Positions 30,013-36,398 of a stretch of DNA of 64,000 nt are shown here, one piece after another. The translations under genes were made by a program, and so were the position numbers. A model generated the notes under the pieces. That model saw only the letters and a list, made by a program, of their open reading frames with translations, made no database searches and was not told where the DNA came from. The DNA is from a virus. Lineage: Duplodnaviria > Caudoviricetes. The stretch lies in the IMG/VR virus record IMGVR_UViG_3300025392_000002; one strand, given 5' to 3'. The number at the start of each line of letters is the position of its first letter. Position 1 is the first letter of the stretch.

Positions 30013-31787
30013 TAAAAATTAAAGAATTAACCGTTAAGAATTTCATGAGTGTGGGTAACCAAACTCAAGCAGTGAATTTTGCCCAGCAGAACTTGACTCT
30101 TGTACTAGGTGAAAACTTGGATCAAGGAGGAGACGACAGCGGAAGTCGTAACGGTACGGGCAAAACAACCATTGTAAATGCTCTTAGTTATGCTTTATTT
30201 GGTAATGCCTTAACTAACATTAAAAAAGATAACCTTATTAATAAGATTAATAATAAGGGTATGTTGGTTACACTGGCATTTGAAAAAGACGGTATAGATT
30301 ATCGTATTGAGCGTGGACGTAAGCCTAATGTATTAAAGTTCTTTGTCAACGACCAAGAACAAGAAACCGCAGAAACAGATGACGCACAAGGAGATATGCG
30401 TGAAACTCAGAAAGACTTAGATGACTTACTGGGTATGAGTCACGATATGTTCAAGCACATTGTTGCCCTTAACACTTATACAGAACCTTTCCTAAGTATG
30501 CGGGCTAACGACCAGCGTGTTATCATCGAGCAATTACTAGGTATTACACTATTAAGTGAAAAAGCAGAAACACTTAAAGAATTAATTAGACAAACTAAAG
30601 ATTCTATTACACAAGAAACTGCTAATATTGAAGCGGCTAAGAAAAGTAATGAAAAAATACAGTTAAGTATTGATGGATTACTAACAAGACAAAGTGCTTG
30701 GAATACCCAGCATACAGAAGACTTGGAAAAAATCGGCCGTGCTATTATCGAACTTGAAAGCGTAGATATTACAGCTGAGCTTGCGAAGCACAGCGAGCTC
30801 AAAGAGTTCGATGAAAAAACAGCGAAGCTGAAAAGCCTAAATAAGGAACGAGCTACGTTAGATAGCGCGACAGCGCAAGCGGAGCGAAGCGTCACGAAGT
30901 ATGACGGCGAGCTCGCCAAACTGGCTAACAAGACCTGCCATGCTTGTGAACAATCCCTCCATGACCATAAACATGAAGAAATGACTCAGCTGGCACAAGG
31001 GCACCTTGATGAAGCGAAGAAATACTATGACAAGGTTGTTAAAGATAGGACTAAAATTCAAACGGAAATAGATGCAATTGGTGAAGTACCTGCTAGGCCC
31101 GTTACTTACTATGACACTATTGAGCAAGCACTCAAGCACCAGAATAATCTTAAAACCTTAGAAACACAGTTGACGATTCGCGCTGGGGAAACAGATCCCT
31201 ATCAAGAACAGATTGATGAGCTTACCGATACTGCTCTACAGGAAATCACATGGGATCAAGTCAACGACTTGACCAAGCTCAAAGAGCATCAAGAGTTTTT
31301 ACTTAAACTTCTTACCAGCAAGGACAGCTTTATTCGCAAGAAGATTATAGATCAAAACCTAGCTTATCTAAACAATCGTCTTACTTACTATCTAGATAAA
31401 ATGGGCTTACCGCACACAGTATTATTCCAGAATGATCTAACGGTTATGATTACACAGCTAGGGCAAGACTTGGATTTTGACAATCTAAGTCGAGGCGAAC
31501 GCAATAGGCTTATCCTATCCTTGTCTTGGAGTTTCCGTGATGTTTGGGAATCCTTATATCAAGGCATTAACCTCTTGTTCGTTGATGAGCTGATTGACAA
31601 CGGCCTAGATGCGTCGGGTGTAGAAGGTGCATTGGCAGTACTTAAGAAAATGGCTCGTGAACGCAAAAAGAACATATTCTTAATATCGCACAAGGACGAA
31701 CTGATTGGTCGTGTTAATAACGTATTAAAAGTTATTAAGGAAAATGGATTTACCAGTTATGCCAATGATTTAGAGATCAATGAGTAA
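30009..31787 (+). CDS. gp46: Recombination ATPase subunit (Rad50/SbcC-like)
   Basis: Walker A NGTGKT, CHAC zinc hook in the coiled coil, LSRGE signature, LFVDE Walker B, ISH motif. Confidence 0.93.
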   Translation: MIKIKELTVKNFMSVGNQTQAVNFAQQNLTLVLGENLDQGGDDSGSRNGTGKTTIVNALSYALFGNALTNIKKDNLINKINNKGMLVTLAFEKDGIDYRIERGRKPNVLKFFVNDQEQETAETDDAQGDMRETQKDLDDLLGMSHDMFKHIVALNTYTEPFLSMRANDQRVIIEQLLGITLLSEKAETLKELIRQTKDSITQETANIEAAKKSNEKIQLSIDGLLTRQSAWNTQHTEDLEKIGRAIIELESVDITAELAKHSELKEFDEKTAKLKSLNKERATLDSATAQAERSVTKYDGELAKLANKTCHACEQSLHDHKHEEMTQLAQGHLDEAKKYYDKVVKDRTKIQTEIDAIGEVPARPVTYYDTIEQALKHQNNLKTLETQLTIRAGETDPYQEQIDELTDTALQEITWDQVNDLTKLKEHQEFLLKLLTSKDSFIRKKIIDQNLAYLNNRLTYYLDKMGLPHTVLFQNDLTVMITQLGQDLDFDNLSRGERNRLILSLSWSFRDVWESLYQGINLLFVDELIDNGLDASGVEGALAVLKKMARERKKNIFLISHKDELIGRVNNVLKVIKENGFTSYANDLEINE

Positions 31788-32040
31788 ACACGTTGAACCC
31801 AGTTCCGTACAAAACGAAGAGTCGCATGAAAAGCTCATGCTGGCTTTTCGTGAGTACTTTAAAGCTAATCAAGACTGGCAAGCTAAGGGCACACGCCGTG
31901 CTGGGGAAAATATGCGCTACTGGTTGGCGCAGATACGCATTATTGCCAAGGACCGTAGGGCTCATGTGCAACAATATCGTGTGTGGTTAGATAGAGAAAA
32001 ACAAGCACGTAAGGATAAAAACAATGACAATACTATATAA
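31780..32040 (+). CDS. Small basic helical protein, possibly Hc1-like DNA-binding
   Basis: 86 aa; KGTRRAGENMRYWLAQIRIIAKDRR resembles the GxxxAGxRxRxxLxxIxxxxKxxR pattern of Hc1-like N-terminal domains; overlaps the gp46 stop. Confidence 0.45.
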   Translation: MSKHVEPSSVQNEESHEKLMLAFREYFKANQDWQAKGTRRAGENMRYWLAQIRIIAKDRRAHVQQYRVWLDREKQARKDKNNDNTI

Positions 32041-32896
32041 TGTTTGGTTGGACCGTGTTAAATTTACCTACAGATTGGAGGAACATCGTGTGGCCCGTGT
32101 GTGGGCTGACATTATGAAGCCTTTAAGTGTGACCAGCTTGTACAAAGGTGCTGATCCGTGGCACGGCAGACCCGAAGATCTAAAAAAACGCAGTACCGAG
32201 CTTAACTTTTTGATAGATGCAATCAACACATGGATTCCTGAAAAAATTCCTGGTCATTTTGATGCAAGTGATGCACAGGCCAGTTTGAATCTTCTACATA
32301 TAAATTTTCCACAGCAACACTATAAAGAAACTGATCCTGAAAAACTTTCTCAGTTGAGATACTACAATCACTTGCTACATCAACTTGAACAGTGCTTGTC
32401 CAGTATCAACAATCCTGTGGAAGATATTTCAATCATAGCAAGTCCTGATATTCCATCACGGTTAGTGCCGTTAGAAGAGGAGGATTATAAATTGTTTAAA
32501 AAGACATTTTTGTTTGGCGACTTGCTGTTGCACTATCCGCATGTGGGCCGACATCCTTATGAATTAGCCAGTCGCAAAGACGTGGATTGTCCTGCTGATC
32601 AAATTATATGTCAAGACACTATTACAGAAAGTCACAGTATGCGATTTGGTCCCAGTCATATGAGTGATGAAGAATTTAACGAATTTTATCGTACCAGCGG
32701 TATCACTTGGCCCTACAGCATTGATGATCCAAGACTGGCTGTGGGCTATATCAAATTAGGCACTCTATTGGCAGTGAACTATGAACGGCCACTCAAACAA
32801 CAGGTTAGACAAATAGTCAAGGCATCAACAAAAATTACAAATTGGCAAATATTTGACCAAAACCAAGAGGCAGAGGACCAGACAAACACTAACTAG
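32024..32896 (+). CDS. Hypothetical protein (290 aa)
   Basis: ORF with AAGGA SD; His-containing motifs (LNLLH, NHLLHQLE, GDLLLHYPHVGRH); no recognisable family. Confidence 0.75.
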   Translation: MTILYNVWLDRVKFTYRLEEHRVARVWADIMKPLSVTSLYKGADPWHGRPEDLKKRSTELNFLIDAINTWIPEKIPGHFDASDAQASLNLLHINFPQQHYKETDPEKLSQLRYYNHLLHQLEQCLSSINNPVEDISIIASPDIPSRLVPLEEEDYKLFKKTFLFGDLLLHYPHVGRHPYELASRKDVDCPADQIICQDTITESHSMRFGPSHMSDEEFNEFYRTSGITWPYSIDDPRLAVGYIKLGTLLAVNYERPLKQQVRQIVKASTKITNWQIFDQNQEAEDQTNTN

Positions 32897-32899
32897 TGT

Positions 32900-33325
32900 A
32901 TGTCTTGGTACTATGAAAATCAATTAATAGAAGAATTGCCCGAGGATTGTGTTGGATTTGTTTATCTAATTACAAATACAATTACAGGGCGTATGTACAT
33001 AGGCAAAAAACTAGCTAAATTTTCTAAAACTACCTACAAAGTAGTCAAGTTAAAAAACGGCACAAAGAAAAAAAAGAAAATCCGTGGTAAAATTGACTCA
33101 GACTGGCGTACCTATTATGGTAGCTCACCAGAACTGACCAAGGATATCACGCAGTTAGGTCAAGAAAACTTTCGCAGGGAAATACTTTTTTACTGTAAAT
33201 CCAAGGCAGAAACGTCATATATAGAGGCTCGTGAACAATTCAGCCGTCGTGTGCTGGAATCAAATGACTATTATAATGGTCATATTCAAGTGCGTGTACA
33301 CGGTTCACATATACTCAAATCATAA
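32900..33325 (+). CDS. Stand-alone GIY-YIG nuclease-domain protein (141 aa)
   Basis: GFVYLITN...YIGKK, YYGSS, FRREIL, conserved Glu (YIEA) and YYN. Lys-rich insert; no C-terminal DNA-binding domain. Confidence 0.85.
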   Translation: MSWYYENQLIEELPEDCVGFVYLITNTITGRMYIGKKLAKFSKTTYKVVKLKNGTKKKKKIRGKIDSDWRTYYGSSPELTKDITQLGQENFRREILFYCKSKAETSYIEAREQFSRRVLESNDYYNGHIQVRVHGSHILKS

Positions 33326-33329
33326 TAAT

Positions 33330-33720
33330 TTAGGCAGATAAAACACCAAATAAGCCTGCACTGGCGTTGTTAAAGTGCCCTTAAAGCTGGACCACGGGTC
33401 GCAGTCAATGGAATTCCTGCTTGGTGTCAGGGTTGTCAACTACTATCCTTAACAGGACGATGATGGAATATGCCTATAGAATCCGTTTAATTGACAAGGA
33501 AACTAATTTTTCAAGGCTAAAAGAGGGGTTGTAGCCCCACGTTTGTACTAATGTTAGCGTATTAGTGCAAGCCGCCGTCATATAAAGACAGCATGAGCAG
33601 GTACCGGATGACCGCCTGTGTTCTAGTGCTAACGCTAAGTGATATTGTTCGACTCAGATAATGTCCAAAATACTTTGCCCGCCAGGGCAAAGTGTGACTG
33701 AACGATCTAGATAATATATC
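33330..33720 (+). ncRNA. Putative large structured non-coding RNA of unknown class
   Basis: ORF-free and GC-richer than its flanks; about 10 helices whose G-U pairs work on the plus strand; 7-bp loop pseudoknot (33554-33560 with 33632-33638). Confidence 0.65.
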
Positions 33721-33722
33721 TT

Positions 33723-33793
33723 AACGCTTCGCGTTTTATAATAACTACTAAAGTTCGAGCGAAAGCGATGAACAGAAGAACGCTAGTTCTTCT
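33723..33793. repeat. Three closely spaced mini-hairpins
   Basis: AACGC-TTC-GCGTT (33723-33735), GC-GAAA-GC inside GTTC..GAAC, AGAAGAAC-GCTA-GTTCTTCT (33774-33793). Confidence 0.75.
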
Positions 33794-33804
33794 TTAAGTA
33801 CTAG

Positions 33805-33811
33805 ATAAATA
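33805..33811 (+). promoter_or_regulatory. Late promoter (ATAAATA)
   Basis: Box upstream of the 485-aa ORF. Confidence 0.7.
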
Positions 33812-33835
33812 TCATATCATGAGTAAACCACAAAT

Positions 33836-35293
33836 ATGAAAGTCGTAGAAATTATTAGTCTAAATGAATCTGATCCTAAAAAAGCTGTAGGTCTAGGTGA
33901 TAAAATAGCTAACTGGGCTCTTAGAAAAATTACGGGTGCAGGTACAGGTGCCGCCGCGGCAGAATTTATAAAAGCTAAAGATAAAGCTGTTTCGGCTCTT
34001 GTAAAAGCCATGGAAGAAAAAGCGGCCGCAGTAAAGCCTACAAATAAAATTATTGGAAAAGATGCCCATGAATTAACTGATACCGAAATAAACAATATTG
34101 TAGGCGAGGCTCTTGGAGATCTAGTTAGACTACCTGGTGATGTTTTTGTAAAAAAAGGTAGCCCTGATCATCTAGTACCTGTAGAATTTACTGTAAACGT
34201 GCCGAACAAGACACCGAGAAAAGTTCGTCGCCCTGGTGATCCTCCTCCGCCTCCTTCCACAACAACTAAAACTGAAGTACGTATGGTTCCTTGGACTGAA
34301 GCGCCAGCTGATGTGCAAGCAAAAATACGTCAAGAAATGGAATCTAGTAATTGGGTTACACAGAATCCTGCCGAGTATGAAAAAGTAAAAAAACAAGCAC
34401 TTGCTCAAGCAGAGGAACAGTACGATAAAGCAAATTTAGCTACTACTACTGGAGAAGCTGAAAGAAGATTTGACAAGATCAAAGACAAAGCATTAATGAC
34501 AAAAAGTTTTGGAGATTTTGTTGCCAAGTGGGGATTTGATGGATATGTATTATGGAATTGTTTTTGGCCTCCGTATTCACGTTTTCAAGATAAACTTGAA
34601 CAACTAAGAAATGATTTAAGTCAAAATAAGGCTAATGGACAAACTGTTTCAAAAGACATAGCAGAAAAATATTATCTAAATGCCTATGAAGCAGAAAAGA
34701 AAGTAATGATTGCAGAAGTAATACAGCTACTAGTAGTACAATTTGCAACAAAAATTCCTGCATCTGAAAAAGGCACATTTGGAGTTAGTCCTCTCAATGG
34801 AGCCACATGGACAACAATTACTCATTTATTTTTACCGTTCCTACGATTGGCTGAAGCCGATACTAAACAAAAAACAAATATAATTATAAAAGCAATTAAT
34901 AATCCTGTTACACGAGTAGCAATGATCAGTCTAGTGAATTGGTTACAAGTTTCGGAAGGCCTTGGGGCGGCAATGGTTAATTATGTTTTGTTTACTATTC
35001 CTTTACCTCCGGGAGTTCCTAATATAGAAGTTAAACCTGGAAATTGGGTCACTTCTAAGATTAGTAGTATGATACCAGATCTAGACAGCAAGGCTAAAGA
35101 GCTTCTAGCAAAAGAAGAAGCAGATAAAAAGAAGAAAGATGCAGAAACACCTGCACCGCAATCTGAACAGCCTCCGGTACAACAGCCAGTACAACAGCCA
35201 GAGCAACCAGTACAACAACCTAATAGTACTCCATCTACAACTACCCAACCGGGTAGTCGAATCGACAGACTAGACAGCAAGTACGGAAGTTAA
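33836..35293 (+). CDS. Hypothetical late protein, possible internal head/ejection protein
   Basis: 485 aa behind a late promoter; MKVVEIISLNE N-terminus; Pro/Gln-rich linkers and hydrophobic segments. Confidence 0.65.
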   Translation: MKVVEIISLNESDPKKAVGLGDKIANWALRKITGAGTGAAAAEFIKAKDKAVSALVKAMEEKAAAVKPTNKIIGKDAHELTDTEINNIVGEALGDLVRLPGDVFVKKGSPDHLVPVEFTVNVPNKTPRKVRRPGDPPPPPSTTTKTEVRMVPWTEAPADVQAKIRQEMESSNWVTQNPAEYEKVKKQALAQAEEQYDKANLATTTGEAERRFDKIKDKALMTKSFGDFVAKWGFDGYVLWNCFWPPYSRFQDKLEQLRNDLSQNKANGQTVSKDIAEKYYLNAYEAEKKVMIAEVIQLLVVQFATKIPASEKGTFGVSPLNGATWTTITHLFLPFLRLAEADTKQKTNIIIKAINNPVTRVAMISLVNWLQVSEGLGAAMVNYVLFTIPLPPGVPNIEVKPGNWVTSKISSMIPDLDSKAKELLAKEEADKKKKDAETPAPQSEQPPVQQPVQQPEQPVQQPNSTPSTTTQPGSRIDRLDSKYGS

Positions 35294-35523
35294 AGTAGTG
35301 GTAGTTGGGTGTTTTTAGTAGTTTCAATATTTTCTTTAATAATCTGAAAGAAAATTTCTCGATCCTCATAGCTATAACGATCTAGTAAATCGTTAATCGA
35401 TACACCTCCACGCATGTACCAGCCAATTTTGTAAAGTTCTAATTTAAATTCTTTGCTTTCTTCTTCTAGCCTAATTAGATCCTGTTGGATATCCTCGGAG
35501 CTTTTTCCAATTAGGCTTAGACG
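35290..35523 (-). CDS. -1 frameshift extension (77 aa) of the gp26-like chaperone; gpT/gp51-like segment
   Basis: Not in the ORF track. Open frame RLSLIGKSSEDIQQDLIRLEEESKEFKLELYKIGWYMRGGVS...QLPLL* fills the gap exactly. No ATG/GTG/TTG before codon 37; begins at a U UUU UUC slippery site. Confidence 0.8.
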   Translation of the reverse strand, partial: RLSLIGKSSEDIQQDLIRLEEESKEFKLELYKIGWYMRGGVSINDLLDRYSYEDREIFFQIIKENIETTKNTQLPLL

Positions 35524-35529
35524 AAAAAA
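35468..35529 (-). promoter_or_regulatory. Programmed -1 ribosomal frameshift signal
   Basis: Heptamer T TTT TTC (35529-35523), 5-nt spacer, then 12-bp stem AGCCUAAUUGGA (35517-35506) / UCUAAUUAGGCU (35479-35468). Confidence 0.8.
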
Positions 35530-36335
35530 TTAGACTGATCCAAATCTATCGATAATTCTGCTTTATGCTGGCAAGCCCCGCAAGTTACCGGATATAATGG
35601 AGCTCTCCACTTTAATAAATTTTCTTCAATCTTTTTATTGATTTTTTCAAATATAATTCTATCGCAATTATCTAACCATTCGTTAATATATTGTTTTTCG
35701 GTAACTACTTGTCCGCTTACTTCAACACTGTCGACACAACTATGATAAACTTCAAGTTGTATTTCGCTAAGTTCTTTCCATAACAAATTCATCTGTTGGT
35801 TTTTTTCGTCGCCGTCGTCCATTTTTTCAATTTGAAAAAGTTTTTGTTGAATTTGAAAATTCTTCAGTGCAAAATCTGTTTTCTTTTTGTAATTTAAAGG
35901 CTGTATTTTAACAGACAATTCGTCTAATACTATATTAGTATCAAATTCTAAATTTGTAAAATGATTAATTAGTATACCTAAATCAACATCATATTTGTTA
36001 GGTTCATCGCACTCTGTACATGTATGTTCTATTTCTATAGTGTTGCCGTAAGTTGCTATTCTTATTGCGGCAAAAATTATTTCAGAATCTAACGATGATA
36101 AATCCCATGCATTTTTAATATTAGGACAGCAACTTTCGATAATTTTAACACTACTTTCACCACTTAATAGTGCATCAGGAGTTTTTGCCATAAGTTCATC
36201 CATACCAGTCATGCCATATACTGCAATTTTACTAGGATCTCCTTGTATAGTTCCGGTCTGACAATAAGCACCTTTACTGGGCAAACTAATATAAATTTTG
36301 GGTTGTCTGAAAAACTGTTGTAGAGGATTTGCCAT
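35517..36335 (-). CDS. gp26: Baseplate hub/tail assembly chaperone, gp26-like
   Basis: P.IYISLPS.G, MT..DEL, IRIATYG..I, two CxxC motifs, C-terminal NFF; divergent from the tape-measure-like gene. Confidence 0.75.
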   Translation of the reverse strand: MANPLQQFFRQPKIYISLPSKGAYCQTGTIQGDPSKIAVYGMTGMDELMAKTPDALLSGESSVKIIESCCPNIKNAWDLSSLDSEIIFAAIRIATYGNTIEIEHTCTECDEPNKYDVDLGILINHFTNLEFDTNIVLDELSVKIQPLNYKKKTDFALKNFQIQQKLFQIEKMDDGDEKNQQMNLLWKELSEIQLEVYHSCVDSVEVSGQVVTEKQYINEWLDNCDRIIFEKINKKIEENLLKWRAPLYPVTCGACQHKAELSIDLDQSNFFV

Positions 36336-36347
36336 ATTTTACTCCTG

Positions 36348-36373
36348 ATAAATATATGTAGTGTGTATTTATA
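36348..36373. promoter_or_regulatory. Pair of opposed late promoters
   Basis: ATAAATA on + (36348-36354) for the tape-measure gene; TATAAATA on - (36373-36366) for the gp26-like gene. Confidence 0.75.
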
Positions 36374-36398
36374 TACGCATATTTCTTAGGATTTTTAA

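Noticed and set aside
33525-33660. tmRNA, tRNA or RNase P RNA
   Set aside because: GGGGUUGUA and GUUCGACUC echo tmRNA/tRNA motifs, but there is no acceptor stem with a CCA end, no cloverleaf, and no RNase P GAGGAAAGUCC core.
33326-33720. Group I intron hosting the GIY-YIG gene
   Set aside because: CAGAUAAUGUCC (33655-66) resembles the S element, but there is no clean matching R/P7 strand and no interrupted host gene on either side. Not supported, though a cmscan is worthwhile.
35155-35225. CAACAGCCAG-type short repeats
   Set aside because: They encode a PVQQ low-complexity linker.
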